From an uncultured virus (IMG/VR IMGVR_UViG_3300025678_000930) (lineage: Duplodnaviria; Heunggongvirae; Uroviricota; Caudoviricetes): 64,000 nt of DNA. The first letter of the stretch is position 1. The number at the start of each line of letters is the position of its first letter. The notes below the pieces were generated by a model, which did no database searches, was not told where the DNA came from, and saw only the letters and a program-made list of their open reading frames with translations. Below are positions 27,889 through 38,680 of this stretch, piece after piece. The position numbers and the translations under genes were made by a program. The stretch lies in the IMG/VR virus record IMGVR_UViG_3300025678_000930, one strand, 5' to 3'.

Positions 27889-28255
27889 AATACGCATTTC
27901 AAATATGGAACGCACTGATACAGTTGTGATGCCACGCGTAAAAACCATCACAGTGGGTGCCAAAGAAGAGTCCAGGCGCGCGGTAATGGTATCCGGCAAG
28001 GTTGTCAAGGATGTGCTCGGACACCGAACCACGATAGCTGCTTCATGGGACTGGATTCCGGCGGATGCAGTAGCGGCTCTTTCTTCACTGCTTAGAAAGA
28101 ACAGCTTCCTTTGGGTGGAATACCCTTCGCCGGAAGGCTTAGCTGCAGGTAGCTTTGAGGTCTCTTATCCGAGCATGAGTGTGTTTTCCTACAAAAATGG
28201 CGAAGCGGTCTGGCATGATGTGAAACTGGATATGACTGCCCAGGAGGTGACCTGA
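27881..28255 (+). CDS. Tail protein (distal-tail position)
   Basis: Synteny after tape measure; TTG start with SD. Confidence 0.55.
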   Translation: MDKIRISNMERTDTVVMPRVKTITVGAKEESRRAVMVSGKVVKDVLGHRTTIAASWDWIPADAVAALSSLLRKNSFLWVEYPSPEGLAAGSFEVSYPSMSVFSYKNGEAVWHDVKLDMTAQEVT

Positions 28256-29835
28256 TGCTTACAATGGCTCCTGCATATAATCCGTACGCTGATGTACGCC
28301 TCTGTGATATCCTCGTATCTTTCCGAATGGTTGACGTAGACGCGGCAGCATTGGCTCTGCCTTTTAGCAGTGGTGAATGCCAGTTATCCCAAATTTGGCA
28401 GACTCATGACCTTGTTGAATATCAAAGCTTGAAGTTGGCATCTCTTGAGCGGGACTACTTTAAGCTTGACGGCACATTCATCCTGCCGAAGGAAGATTTG
28501 ACCGGCCTACAGACCGGCTGGTGGAGCGATGCAATTTCCGGTGAGGATAAAAGCTTTGATGCTCGTCCATCCCTTGGCTTTTCATGGAATGAGAACCAGA
28601 CTAGCGTAGGCTTTACCCTATGTTTCGACGATGCATCCGGGATGTATGCGAGTCTCTTTCGTGTCAGCGCATATGACCTTGAAGGCAACTTGATCCAAGA
28701 AAAGCTTGTAGAAAATAGCTCCGCCAGATGCATTGTGGATATGCCGACAGAAAATTACCGCTATGTGGTTATTGAGTTTTTAGAAACGAGTGAAGCTTGG
28801 CGCCGCATTCGCATTACGGAGGTGTTGTTTGGCATCGTCCAATATTTCGATCGTGAAAACACAGTCTCTGCTTCAATAGAATACGGGTTTTCCCCCATGT
28901 CGGAAAGTCTGCCGGCCTCTGAACTTACATTGGTTTTGGATAACAGCGATGCAGTATGGAACATGGTAAACCCGCGTGGGGTTTATGCTTATCTGCAGCA
29001 GTCACAGCCCCTTGATGTATGGTTTTACGTGGGAACCCCAGACGAGTCTTTTAACTGGAATAAGGAAGAGACCGCTGTCTATATGGGGCGTTATTATTTC
29101 ACAACAGCCGTAGCCGAGGACGACTCCATGACCGCAAAGATAACAGCCCACGATAACATCTACCGTCTTGAAGGAAAGAAATACAGAAACGGGACATCCG
29201 GACAGTGGACAATTTTTCAGGCTATTTCCGCAGTGATTGAATACAGCGGAACGAACCTTGCCTTTGAAATGCCGGAGGAAATCGGTAGTCGTCTTGTGGG
29301 CAAGAATCTACCAAAAGACTGCACTTGCAGGGAGGCAATCCGGCTTTTAACCCAGGCGGCATGCTCTGCCTGCTATGTGAATCGGGAAGGCATGCTAATA
29401 TTCTTTGACCCGCTCATAGACCGCACACCTGTTGACACAATTAATTATGACAATATGTCAGCCATGCCTAAAATCGCAGTGGCTGGCAAGGTGAACCTTG
29501 TGGAGCTGTCTGTTAAAGACGAATATACAGCAGGCGGGGTTGAAACTATTTATGTGGCTTCAGATATAGGCATTGATGAGCAGGAACAAGCTGCCGCCAT
29601 TTCAAACCCCGTTGCCGTCTCGGGAGAAACCGTCGCTGCCTGGCTTCTTGAGATGCTTCAAAGGAGACTCACCTATAATGTGAGCGAACGGGGAAATCCT
29701 GCAAGAGAGATCACGGATGTGGCAGTTATTTGGGATGCCTACGGCGAGAACAGACCGGCAGTGATATCAAGGCAGCGGTTTAATTTTGACGGCGGGCTTA
29801 AATGTGAAACGGAAGCCTGGGGAGGAGGATTTTAA
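28255..29835 (+). CDS. Baseplate/tail hub protein
   Basis: Synteny and size; GNPA.EI.D C-terminal motif. Confidence 0.55.
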   Translation: MLTMAPAYNPYADVRLCDILVSFRMVDVDAAALALPFSSGECQLSQIWQTHDLVEYQSLKLASLERDYFKLDGTFILPKEDLTGLQTGWWSDAISGEDKSFDARPSLGFSWNENQTSVGFTLCFDDASGMYASLFRVSAYDLEGNLIQEKLVENSSARCIVDMPTENYRYVVIEFLETSEAWRRIRITEVLFGIVQYFDRENTVSASIEYGFSPMSESLPASELTLVLDNSDAVWNMVNPRGVYAYLQQSQPLDVWFYVGTPDESFNWNKEETAVYMGRYYFTTAVAEDDSMTAKITAHDNIYRLEGKKYRNGTSGQWTIFQAISAVIEYSGTNLAFEMPEEIGSRLVGKNLPKDCTCREAIRLLTQAACSACYVNREGMLIFFDPLIDRTPVDTINYDNMSAMPKIAVAGKVNLVELSVKDEYTAGGVETIYVASDIGIDEQEQAAAISNPVAVSGETVAAWLLEMLQRRLTYNVSERGNPAREITDVAVIWDAYGENRPAVISRQRFNFDGGLKCETEAWGGGF

Positions 29836-30218
29836 TGGAGTCTTTGCAATATAAAAGGGACAGTGCTGTCCCACTGAATTATGAGGATCTAAATCGGATT
29901 GAGGACTGGACACGATTCCTTGCAGGATTGCTTGCCGAAAATGGTTATGAAATATTCATCAAAACCGGAGTATGGTCGATGGAATCTATCCCGTACCAAA
30001 GGGAAATCGACCGCATACGAAGGAACATTGAGCGCCTGCATCGAGGTTATAGCAGTCTCCCCGACTGGAGGGAGGTCACATATACAAACAGTTTGGATTT
30101 TGTCCAGGTAAATACCCTTGAGTGGGATCTTAAGACGATTTTTACCTGGCTGTCCCGTATGGTGGCGGTGTTTTGCCGCCTTGGTGAATTTCATGTAAGC
30201 GAGGGGGTGATGGCATGA
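29835..30218 (+). CDS. Tail-associated hypothetical protein
   Basis: NYEDLNRIE motif; coupled ORF. Confidence 0.5.
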   Translation: MESLQYKRDSAVPLNYEDLNRIEDWTRFLAGLLAENGYEIFIKTGVWSMESIPYQREIDRIRRNIERLHRGYSSLPDWREVTYTNSLDFVQVNTLEWDLKTIFTWLSRMVAVFCRLGEFHVSEGVMA

Positions 30219-30706
30219 TTGAAGTTAAGGACAGAATCCCATCAAAGCCAAACCGGATCAAGATTATTCCGGAAGGTGGCGGCGCTGCCTATTTTGCTGT
30301 GTGGGAGCGGGCAGACCAGCCCATCCAGGAAGGTACACCCATTAATAAATATCTATTTGACAGCATCGATGAATGGAATCTTTCTCATACAAGCCTTGAC
30401 GATATCGAAATCGATGCCCAACGGGTGACGCTTGATGTAGGTTGGACCACGATAAACTTTACAAGGCCGCTATCCGGCATCCCGCGGGTCTTTGTGTCCC
30501 CGTCGGAAGCTTTTATTATTTCAGTAACGAATGTAACTCAGACGACCTGTCAGATTGCCGCCCGCCAGCCTGTGACAGCTAGCGCATATGCCGCAGCAAG
30601 CAGCGGCGGAGCAGTTACAACAAAAATAACATACATGACGAGTTTTGACTTTGTGGCGGCTGAGGTGGATGTCGTTGCAGTTTATGATGGAGGTGTTAGC
30701 GTATGA
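30215..30706 (+). CDS. Tail fibre-associated protein
   Basis: KDRIP..P; QEGTPINK motif. Confidence 0.5.
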   Translation: MIEVKDRIPSKPNRIKIIPEGGGAAYFAVWERADQPIQEGTPINKYLFDSIDEWNLSHTSLDDIEIDAQRVTLDVGWTTINFTRPLSGIPRVFVSPSEAFIISVTNVTQTTCQIAARQPVTASAYAAASSGGAVTTKITYMTSFDFVAAEVDVVAVYDGGVSV

Positions 30707-32421
30707 TTCCGCTTTTGCAATCAGATTACTATAAATACAGCCAGATGTTTCGGGGTAATTTCTTAAAAGGGGCGACTTTGTTCAAGTCACTCCTTGGCAA
30801 CCCGGAAACGGCAGAGCCGCTTATAAATTCCGGACCTGCCATGGCATCCGTGTTCACCGACTTTTCCAAAAGCGAAGCCAACCGGCAATGCTTTAATGTC
30901 CTGGCAGAGAAGCCCTTTTATGAAGAAGCGATGATGACTTACTTAAAAGACATGGCCGCCACCTCGCATGAAACCAGCGCCGATCTGTTAACTGACACCG
31001 GAAACATGATTGGACTTTTTCGTGACCCCCAGTTCGATCCGTTGTTCCAGGAGAAACCTGACCTGATAAAAAAGGCTTTACTTAAAAGAAATATTTATGA
31101 AGCGCTCAGTGTTGATGACAACTGTGATGTGGCACTTTCAATTGATAAGCTTCGCTCATATTCTTCACTGATTAATGGGGCCTTCACAAATATATATACT
31201 TCCTTTAGCGCCTATTGGAGTACACTGAACGGCACCGACACACCATTCAGCTCCACAGAAAAGTTTAACGGTAATACCCTGCAGTATGACTGGTCGGTGA
31301 TATGCGAGGAAACGGCGGAGGTTTTCATGCCAGCCACATTAAAAACCCGGGTTGGGACATCGTCCACCTATTACTATTATCCCTGCGTGTATAAGTATAG
31401 CATACTGTCAAAAACATGGACCCTCCTTACCGTCTGCTCCACAGATTCCAAACAGACCGCAAACGACAACTACGGAAGGCAGTGCTATGGTATAGCCTAT
31501 GATCCTGACAAGGATATGCTGTACATCTTTTACAAGGCAACCGCATCCACGACTTATATAACCTGTGACATCATGAAGGGTTCGACGGGTGAACCGCTAC
31601 AGATAGGCATCCAGACTGCAAGCATCGGAAACGCCAGCCTGCACAGACCGTTCTTTTGCTGCTTTGACCGTGAAAGCGGTCTTGCCAAGTACGTTTGGCG
31701 TATTGACAATATGTACACAACTGCGGCTAACGGGTGGCTGTACGGTTGCTCAGTCGGCCAAATCGGGCTAGTGTGGGAAGGTAAAGTAGCCCATCCCTAT
31801 TCGGAATATGCAAGGGCATATTCTGGATATACCAGTGAAATGAGCGGCAGCAAGTTTAGTTTTACAAAAGGTGCGTTAGTTGGGGTTTATCAAAAGGGTG
31901 AAAGCACCACTACCTATCCGGCTGTCATGGTGTCTATCTATTCATCGGGGGATAGGTTCATATCAAGCTATCTTGAGTTTTCAGCGAAAACCCCACATAG
32001 CACCCTTAACAGCCCTGATCAAGCAGTGGTCATGGAAAATGGGATGGTTCTACTTTCATGGAACAACATCGATTGGGGCGATGATGGTGGAAGCGCAAGA
32101 GCAGCTGCAGTTATATTAGAAATCTCCGAAGGAGCTCTTATGCGTCATGCCTCGCTCTTTCGTACAACAAGCTATGCATACAACGCGTATTCGTTTCTTC
32201 CCTTTAACAAGATCGCTATTGTAAATAATCAGTATCCGACTGTATGCACTGTTTTTGGGCTTAACGGCTTAGGTGGAATAATCAAGCGAGATTACAACGA
32301 GACCTTTACTGCATTCTATTCTCAACTCGCACCTGCCAGAGGGTCAAGAAGATATAAGCTTCATACTCCCAACAGTAGCACCTGGACTTTGTATGATTTT
32401 GAAACGGAGGTAACCTCATGA
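30703..32421 (+). CDS. Putative receptor-binding/tail fibre protein
   Basis: Long Tyr/Ser/Thr-rich ORF in the tail-fibre position. Confidence 0.45.
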   Translation: MIPLLQSDYYKYSQMFRGNFLKGATLFKSLLGNPETAEPLINSGPAMASVFTDFSKSEANRQCFNVLAEKPFYEEAMMTYLKDMAATSHETSADLLTDTGNMIGLFRDPQFDPLFQEKPDLIKKALLKRNIYEALSVDDNCDVALSIDKLRSYSSLINGAFTNIYTSFSAYWSTLNGTDTPFSSTEKFNGNTLQYDWSVICEETAEVFMPATLKTRVGTSSTYYYYPCVYKYSILSKTWTLLTVCSTDSKQTANDNYGRQCYGIAYDPDKDMLYIFYKATASTTYITCDIMKGSTGEPLQIGIQTASIGNASLHRPFFCCFDRESGLAKYVWRIDNMYTTAANGWLYGCSVGQIGLVWEGKVAHPYSEYARAYSGYTSEMSGSKFSFTKGALVGVYQKGESTTTYPAVMVSIYSSGDRFISSYLEFSAKTPHSTLNSPDQAVVMENGMVLLSWNNIDWGDDGGSARAAAVILEISEGALMRHASLFRTTSYAYNAYSFLPFNKIAIVNNQYPTVCTVFGLNGLGGIIKRDYNETFTAFYSQLAPARGSRRYKLHTPNSSTWTLYDFETEVTS

Positions 32422-32717
32422 AACTAAATGGGATTTTCTGTACCAACTATGCCGCCGGAGAGCGGTTCTGCGCTGTTTTGCACAGCACCACATTGGATGA
32501 GATTAAAAAAATTGATCCGAAAGCTCTGGTTGTGCAGACCGATACCGGGGAGGTTGTTGAAACTTATACGCTTTATGGGAAGCTGTTCTCATATCGTAGC
32601 TTTCCCGAAAGTGGTGTCTTTGAAGTGGAGTTTATGCAAGTACCTCAAGCGGAAATAACTGCGGAGCGGTTGCTTTCGTTTATGGAAGGTCTGAAGGAGG
32701 GGTTTGAAAATGAATGA
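32418..32717 (+). CDS. Hypothetical tail-region protein
   Basis: SD ggaggt; coupled ORF. Confidence 0.5.
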   Translation: MKLNGIFCTNYAAGERFCAVLHSTTLDEIKKIDPKALVVQTDTGEVVETYTLYGKLFSYRSFPESGVFEVEFMQVPQAEITAERLLSFMEGLKEGFENE

Positions 32718-33147
32718 CAGAGATTTGGGACTACTGTTCGGAAAGTCTGTGAAAGTAGCGGGTGACATATCGTCACTCGTTTTTGTTTTCCTTGCACAAA
32801 GCGAGCAACTTGATGATGTAACGGTTACGGAGCATGCTACTCTATTCCCGGTCTGGGATGAAAATTGGACAGGGAAAGCAAAAAGTATTGTAAGTGATGA
32901 AGGAGTTCTATACCGTTCCATCCACGATGTGAGTAGCGGCCAAAATACCAAGCCAAGTGCAACACCGTCAATGTGGACTAAAATCGGCGATCCTGCCGAT
33001 GAATGGCCGACATGGTTTCCGCCTATCGGCGCGCACGATGCTTATGGTATTGGAGACAAGGTATCGCACAACAACAAGCACTGGACATCAAATGTGTCCG
33101 ATAATGTCTGGGAGCCGGGCGTTTACGGCTGGACACAAGCAATTTAA
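32710..33147 (+). CDS. Carbohydrate-binding (CBM5/12-like) phage protein
   Basis: GAHDAY.IGDKVSHN.KHW.S....NVWEPG.YGW. Confidence 0.65.
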   Translation: MNDRDLGLLFGKSVKVAGDISSLVFVFLAQSEQLDDVTVTEHATLFPVWDENWTGKAKSIVSDEGVLYRSIHDVSSGQNTKPSATPSMWTKIGDPADEWPTWFPPIGAHDAYGIGDKVSHNNKHWTSNVSDNVWEPGVYGWTQAI

Positions 33148-33167
33148 TAACTCGGAGGTGAAAGAAT

Positions 33168-33572
33168 ATGAAAAGTTTATGGATTTGGATTCAAACAGGA
33201 TTTGCTGGGCTGGGCGGATTGCTCGGTTGGTATTTAGGGGGTCTTGATGGATTTCTTTACGCACTGATAGCTTTTATAGCGGTTGACTACCTCACGGGAG
33301 TTCTCCGTGCTGTTGTTGAGAAACGTTTGTCCAGTCGGATTGGTGCACAAGGAATAGCGAAAAAAGTGGCAATATTACTTGTTGTCGGTATAGGCCACCT
33401 TGCGGATGTTTATCTACTTGGTGTGACAGGTGCGCCGTTTCGCACAGCGGTCATATTCTTCTATATTTCCAATGAGGGTATTTCCCTTCTTGAAAATACA
33501 GTAGCAATTGGACTACCTGTACCGGACAACTTAAAAACGATTCTCGCACAGCTTAATGGAAAGGGTGAGTAA
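33168..33572 (+). CDS. Holin (toxin-secretion/phage lysis family)
   Basis: TM segments; DYLTG, GIAKK, NEGISLLEN. Confidence 0.88.
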   Translation: MKSLWIWIQTGFAGLGGLLGWYLGGLDGFLYALIAFIAVDYLTGVLRAVVEKRLSSRIGAQGIAKKVAILLVVGIGHLADVYLLGVTGAPFRTAVIFFYISNEGISLLENTVAIGLPVPDNLKTILAQLNGKGE

Positions 33573-33573
33573 T

Positions 33574-34287
33574 ATGAAGTTGCACAAGCTAATACTTACA
33601 AACAATGCCTGCTACAAGGCAGGCCGGACTATTAAACCAAGGGGCATCATGGTGCATTCTACCGGGGCGAACAACCCCTATCTGAAACGCTATGTTGGGC
33701 CTGATGATGGTTTACTAGGAAAGAATCAAGCGGGTAACCATTGGAATCAAGATAAGCCGGATGGGCGGCAGGTCTGTGTCCATGCCTTTATTGGCAAACT
33801 GGCGGATGGCAGTATCGCAACCTATCAGACTCTGCCCTGGAACCACCGAGGCTGGCATGCCGGAGGTTCTGCTAACGATACACACATCGGTTTTGAAATC
33901 TGCGAGGATGGTCTGACCGATACCGCATATTTTTCTGCCGTATACAAAGAAGCCGTGGAACTTTGCGTCTATCTTTGCAAACAGTATGGGCTGACAGATA
34001 AAGATATAATCGGGCATTATGAGGGGTATCAGAAAGGTATCGCTTCAAATCATGGCGATCCTAAAAATTGGTTCCCAAAGCACGGCAAGAGCATGGATAC
34101 TTTTCGTGCTGATGTAAAAGCCGGGCTTGCAGCAGCAGAAGCGCCCACTCCCGTCACACCTACAGCACCGAAAAAATACTACCGTGTGCAGGTAGGTGCA
34201 TACTCCGTTAAGGCAAACGCAGATGCCATGCTTATCAAGCTTAAAGCTGCTGGCTTTAAGGATGCCTTCATCAAGTACAGCGAGTAA
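33574..34287 (+). CDS. N-acetylmuramoyl-L-alanine amidase endolysin with SPOR domain
   Basis: IMVHST, WHAGG, IGFEICE; YYRVQVGAYS.KANA. Confidence 0.9.
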   Translation: MKLHKLILTNNACYKAGRTIKPRGIMVHSTGANNPYLKRYVGPDDGLLGKNQAGNHWNQDKPDGRQVCVHAFIGKLADGSIATYQTLPWNHRGWHAGGSANDTHIGFEICEDGLTDTAYFSAVYKEAVELCVYLCKQYGLTDKDIIGHYEGYQKGIASNHGDPKNWFPKHGKSMDTFRADVKAGLAAAEAPTPVTPTAPKKYYRVQVGAYSVKANADAMLIKLKAAGFKDAFIKYSE

Positions 34288-34332
34288 AGTTACACTGTAT
34301 CAACTAACAGCAATAATCATACATCCATATAG

Positions 34333-34378
34333 CAATGCCCTTGGAGGTCAAAAAAACTTCCGAGGGCATTATTTTTTT
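34333..34378 (+). terminator. Intrinsic terminator after lysin
   Basis: aatgcccttggagg / cttccgagggcatt stem followed by T-run. Confidence 0.65.
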
Positions 34379-34386
34379 CTAAACCG

Positions 34387-34420
34387 TCAGATTTCATTTC
34401 CTCCCGTGGCTACCAGGTAG
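34387..34420 (+). promoter_or_regulatory. Bipartite motif TCAGATTT-N11-GTGGCTACCAGGTAG, copy 1
   Basis: Identical halves and spacing at 38681 and 55426. Confidence 0.75.
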
Positions 34421-34462
34421 AGGGCAACAAATTAAATCGCCCTTTGGAAAGAGGTGAAGGAC

Positions 34463-34681
34463 ATGAAACACAACCTTAAAATCAGTGTTTCAAAAGAGCC
34501 ACAGAAAGGCGGAATCGTTACTTGTCGTAATGTCACCATAAGGGAGCGCATCCTACGTTTCCTCCTTGGAGATAAACAGCGTGTAACCATTCTGATTCCA
34601 GGAGACAGTGTTGAGGAACTCTCCATCTGTGAGACTACGAAAGGAGGAAATGACCTTGAGCAAAGTAAAGTTACTGCTTGA
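34463..34681 (+). CDS. Conserved phage hypothetical protein
   Basis: SD gaggtg; RERILRFLLG...ILIPGDSV. Confidence 0.6.
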   Translation: MKHNLKISVSKEPQKGGIVTCRNVTIRERILRFLLGDKQRVTILIPGDSVEELSICETTKGGNDLEQSKVTA

Positions 34682-34973
34682 TGTGGCAAATGATATGCGA
34701 AGTCTTGCAGACAGCATACAGGCGGTTTGTAATGCAATGACAGAAAGTGATTCTGCTCCCAAAGAAGTGCCTGCCACAAAGACAGAAACAGCAAAAGAGC
34801 CGGATATCCCACTTGAGAAAGTGCGTATGGTACTTGCCGAAAAGAGCCAGCTTGGATTTACCGCCGAAGTGCGAGGAATCATTCAAAAGTATGGTGCCGA
34901 CAAGTTAAGTGCCGTTGACAAGGCTTACTATGCCGACATCTTGAAAGATGCGGAGGTTCTTGGCAATGGGTAA
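34656..34973 (+). CDS. Conserved phage replication-module protein
   Basis: LEKVRMVLAEKS..G...VR.II.KYGA.KLS. Confidence 0.65.
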   Translation: MSKVKLLLDVANDMRSLADSIQAVCNAMTESDSAPKEVPATKTETAKEPDIPLEKVRMVLAEKSQLGFTAEVRGIIQKYGADKLSAVDKAYYADILKDAEVLGNG

Positions 34974-36102
34974 TCACGCAATATTATCTGCATCATCTTC
35001 ACACAGATGGCTTCATTGTTTACCGTCAGCAAGGCTTGAACTTGAGTTTGAGAATACAAGCGGTAAAGCAGCAGACGAAGGATCAGCGGCACATGCGCTT
35101 TCAGAACACAAACTGAAAAAGGCACTCCATATAAGGAGTAAGCGTCCTATATCAGACTATACGACAGATGAGATGGAAGAATGCACAGATGCCTATGTTG
35201 ATTTCGTTATGGAACAGGTGGAACTTGCAAGAAACTTCTGCAATGATCCTATCATCCTTATCGAAAAACGCCTTGATTTTTCCTGCTATGTGCCAGACGG
35301 CTTTGGTACTGGAGATTGTTTAATCATTTCAGATGATAGGCTCCACATAGTGGATTTCAAATATGGCATGGGTGTGCTTGTAGATGCAGTGGACAATCCC
35401 CAGATGAAGCTGTATGCCTTAGGTGCTCTTGAAATCTATGACAGCCTTTATGATATCAACGAAGTGTCAATGACGATTTTCCAGCCAAGAAGAGAAAATG
35501 TCAGCACGTGGACTGTACCGGTAGAGGAGCTTAAATGTTGGGCAGAAGAGGAACTTAAACCAAAGGCAGTAAAAGCCTATAACGGCGAGGGCGAATATAT
35601 ACCGGGTGAATGGTGTACTTTCTGTAAAGCTGCAGTCAGATGCCGTGCAAGAGCCGAAGAAAAGCTGAAACTTGCCCAGACAGAGTTTAAGATGCCACCG
35701 TTACTTACTGACAATGAAATAGAAGAGATTCTGTTCATTCTTCCTGACCTTACTAAATGGGCAAATGAAATAACTGCCTACGCCACAGACGCCGCTGTGA
35801 ATCACGGCAAAGAGTGGAACGGTTTTAAGGTTGTGGAAGGTCGCTCGGTTCGCAAATACAAAGATGAAGATGCCATCGCAGAAAAAGCTGTGTCAAGCGG
35901 ATTTAAAGACATTTACCGTAAGAGCCTTATTCCTATGACAGAGATGCAGAAACTGATGGGTAAAACCAAGTTTGAGGAAATTCTCGGTGACCTCATTTAT
36001 AAACCACCAGGCAAGCCGACTCTTGTTCCTAACTCGGATAAAAGACCGGCTATGAACGTAGCAGATGCAAAAAACGAATTTAACGAAATTATGGAGGATT
36101 AA
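34966..36102 (+). CDS. DUF2800 PD-(D/E)XK exonuclease
   Basis: HAILSASSSHRW..C, FGTGD, VDFKYG, WCTFC. Confidence 0.85.
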   Translation: MGNHAILSASSSHRWLHCLPSARLELEFENTSGKAADEGSAAHALSEHKLKKALHIRSKRPISDYTTDEMEECTDAYVDFVMEQVELARNFCNDPIILIEKRLDFSCYVPDGFGTGDCLIISDDRLHIVDFKYGMGVLVDAVDNPQMKLYALGALEIYDSLYDINEVSMTIFQPRRENVSTWTVPVEELKCWAEEELKPKAVKAYNGEGEYIPGEWCTFCKAAVRCRARAEEKLKLAQTEFKMPPLLTDNEIEEILFILPDLTKWANEITAYATDAAVNHGKEWNGFKVVEGRSVRKYKDEDAIAEKAVSSGFKDIYRKSLIPMTEMQKLMGKTKFEEILGDLIYKPPGKPTLVPNSDKRPAMNVADAKNEFNEIMED

Positions 36103-36107
36103 ATATT

Positions 36108-36659
36108 ATGGCAAACAACACGAATAAAACTAAAGTTATCACAGGTGTAAACACAAGACTCTCTTACTTCCACGGCTGGGAGCCGGTATCTATTAACGGC
36201 GGTGCCGAGAAATACAGTGTGTCCGTTCTCATTCCAAAGGATGATAAGGAAACCATAGATGCAGTAAACGTTGCAATCGATGCAGCTATTGAAGAAGGTA
36301 TAGCAAAGTTTGGCGGTAAGAAACCGAATAAGGCTACCATCAAACTTCCGCTCCGTGACGGTGATGTAGAGCGTGACGATGAGGCATACAAGGGGCATTT
36401 CTTTGTCAATGCCAACAGCATAACCGCTCCGCAGATTGTAGACAAAAGCGTTAAACCTATTATGGACCGCAGTGAGGTGTACAGCGGTTGTTACGGCAGG
36501 GTTTCTCTTAACTTTTATGCATTCAACTCAAACGGCAATAAGGGTGTAGCCTGCGGTCTTGGTAATATTCAAAAGATTAAAGACGGCGAACCTCTTGGTG
36601 GAAAAACCTCTGCAGCAGATGACTTCACTACTCTTGTGGACGATGACTTCCTTGCCTAA
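36108..36659 (+). CDS. DUF2815 single-stranded DNA-binding protein
   Basis: RLSY, KYSVSVLIPK, PLRDGD, acidic DDDFLA tail. Confidence 0.85.
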   Translation: MANNTNKTKVITGVNTRLSYFHGWEPVSINGGAEKYSVSVLIPKDDKETIDAVNVAIDAAIEEGIAKFGGKKPNKATIKLPLRDGDVERDDEAYKGHFFVNANSITAPQIVDKSVKPIMDRSEVYSGCYGRVSLNFYAFNSNGNKGVACGLGNIQKIKDGEPLGGKTSAADDFTTLVDDDFLA

Positions 36660-36731
36660 TAGAAACGGTAACTTACGGTGGTGGAGGTACTCCCTCTGCC
36701 ACCTTTTTTCTTTTAGGAATGGAGGCATGTT

Positions 36732-38672
36732 ATGAAGAACTTGGAGATCGACATTGAAACATACTCGTCTGTCAATTTGCAAAAGAGCGGAGTCTACCGT
36801 TATGTGGAGGCAGATGATTTTGAAATATTGCTGTTTGGATATTCAATTGACGGCGGAGAGGTTATGGTGGTTGACCTTGTGAATGGAGAAAAAATACCGC
36901 AGAAGATACTAGATGCCTTAACCGATGGAAACATAATCAAATGGGCATTCAATGCTCAGTTTGAGCGTGTCTGCCTTTCCCGTTATCTTGGCTATCCCTT
37001 TGGATATTACCTGAATCCTTCATCATGGAGATGTTCAATGGTGTGGTCTGCTTATATGGGACTTCCCCTTTCCTTGGAGGGTGTGGGTGCCGTTCTTGGA
37101 CTTGAAAAGCAAAAGCTGACCGAAGGCAAAGACCTTATAAGATACTTCTGTATACCCTGTGCTCCTACCAAATCCAATGGTGGAAGAACTCGTAATATGC
37201 CAAGTGATGATGAAGAGAAATGGCAGAGATTTAAGGCTTACAACAAGCGTGATGTGGAGGCAGAAACACAGGTACAACAAAGATTGATTAAGTTTCCTGT
37301 GCCGGAAGATATATGGGATGAATACCATCTCGACCAGGAAATCAATGATCGTGGCATTAAGGTAGATATGGATTTTGTAAAACAGGCTATTGCTGCGGAT
37401 GAGATTTCTCACGAAAAACTGGTGTCAGCAATGCAACAAATGACAGAACTTGATAATCCCAACTCAGTACAGCAGATGAAAGGCTGGCTTTCCGAAAACG
37501 GTCTTGAAACAGATACGCTTGGCAAAAAGGCTGTGGCAGAATTATTAAAGGATGCACCGGAGCATTTGGCTGAAGTTCTCAAGCTCCGTCAGCAACTGGC
37601 TAAATCATCGGTAAAGAAATATACGGCAATGGAAAATGCCGTTTGTGCAGATTCTCGTGCCAGAGGTATGTTCCAATTTTATGGGGCTAACAGAACAGGT
37701 CGCTTTGCAGGAAGGCTTGTGCAATTACAGAACCTGCCACAAAACCATATGCTGGATTTAAAAGAGGCACGAGGCATAGTAAGAAGCGGTGATTATGAAA
37801 CGCTTGAAATGCTCTACGAAGATATACCGGACACCCTCTCACAGCTTATTCGTACAGCTTTTATACCAAAGGAAGGCAATAAGTTTATTGTTGCAGACTT
37901 TTCTGCAATTGAGGCTCGTGTGCTTTCATGGCTTGCAGGTGAAGAATGGCGAAACGAAGTATTCGCAAGCGGCGGTGACATTTATTGTGCATCAGCATCA
38001 CAAATGTTTAAAGTTCCTGTTGAAAAGCATGGTGTGAACGGTCATCTAAGGCAAAAAGGAAAAATTGCAGAATTAGCACTTGGATATGGTGGATCTATCG
38101 GTGCATTAAAGGCTATGGGTGCATTGGAGATGGGACTTGAAGAAGAGGAGTTGAAACCCCTTGTTAATGCCTGGAGAGCATCAAATCCAAACATCGTAAA
38201 GTTCTGGTGGGATGTTGATAGTGCTGTTAAGAAATGCATCAAGGAAAATAAGTCACAGAAAACTAATAACATTGAGTTTCATTGCATGAGTGGAATGCTA
38301 TTCATAGTTCTCCCTTCCGGCAGACAGCTTTCCTATGTAAAACCCCGTATCGGTGAAAATATCTTCGGTGGTGAGTCTGTGACTTATGAAGGTGTGGGTG
38401 GAACAAAGAAATGGGAAAGAATCGAAAGTTATGGACCTAAATTTGTAGAAAACATTGTACAGGCAATCTCCCGTGATATTTTGATGCATGCTATGAAGAC
38501 ACTCCGTACTTGCAACATAGTGGCTCATGTGCATGATGAAGTAATCATTGAGGCAGACCCTCGAATGTCGATAGATAGCGTATGTGAGCAGATGGGTAGA
38601 GTTCCTCCCTGGGCAAAGGGGCTACTCCTTAATGCCGATGGTTATGAATGCGATTTTTACAAAAAAGATTAG
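36732..38672 (+). CDS. DNA polymerase family A with 3'-5' exonuclease domain
   Basis: DIETYS; ADFSAIEARV; RQKGKIAELALGYG; HVHDE. Confidence 0.92.
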   Translation: MKNLEIDIETYSSVNLQKSGVYRYVEADDFEILLFGYSIDGGEVMVVDLVNGEKIPQKILDALTDGNIIKWAFNAQFERVCLSRYLGYPFGYYLNPSSWRCSMVWSAYMGLPLSLEGVGAVLGLEKQKLTEGKDLIRYFCIPCAPTKSNGGRTRNMPSDDEEKWQRFKAYNKRDVEAETQVQQRLIKFPVPEDIWDEYHLDQEINDRGIKVDMDFVKQAIAADEISHEKLVSAMQQMTELDNPNSVQQMKGWLSENGLETDTLGKKAVAELLKDAPEHLAEVLKLRQQLAKSSVKKYTAMENAVCADSRARGMFQFYGANRTGRFAGRLVQLQNLPQNHMLDLKEARGIVRSGDYETLEMLYEDIPDTLSQLIRTAFIPKEGNKFIVADFSAIEARVLSWLAGEEWRNEVFASGGDIYCASASQMFKVPVEKHGVNGHLRQKGKIAELALGYGGSIGALKAMGALEMGLEEEELKPLVNAWRASNPNIVKFWWDVDSAVKKCIKENKSQKTNNIEFHCMSGMLFIVLPSGRQLSYVKPRIGENIFGGESVTYEGVGGTKKWERIESYGPKFVENIVQAISRDILMHAMKTLRTCNIVAHVHDEVIIEADPRMSIDSVCEQMGRVPPWAKGLLLNADGYECDFYKKD

Positions 38673-38680
38673 TGAAAACA

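Noticed and set aside
28255..33147. Diversity-generating retroelement or invertible tail-fibre switch
   Set aside because: No reverse transcriptase, TR/VR pair or inverted gene segments seen.
34966..36102. Cas4 / CRISPR locus
   Set aside because: DUF2800 phage exonuclease context; no repeat-spacer array or other cas genes in the window.
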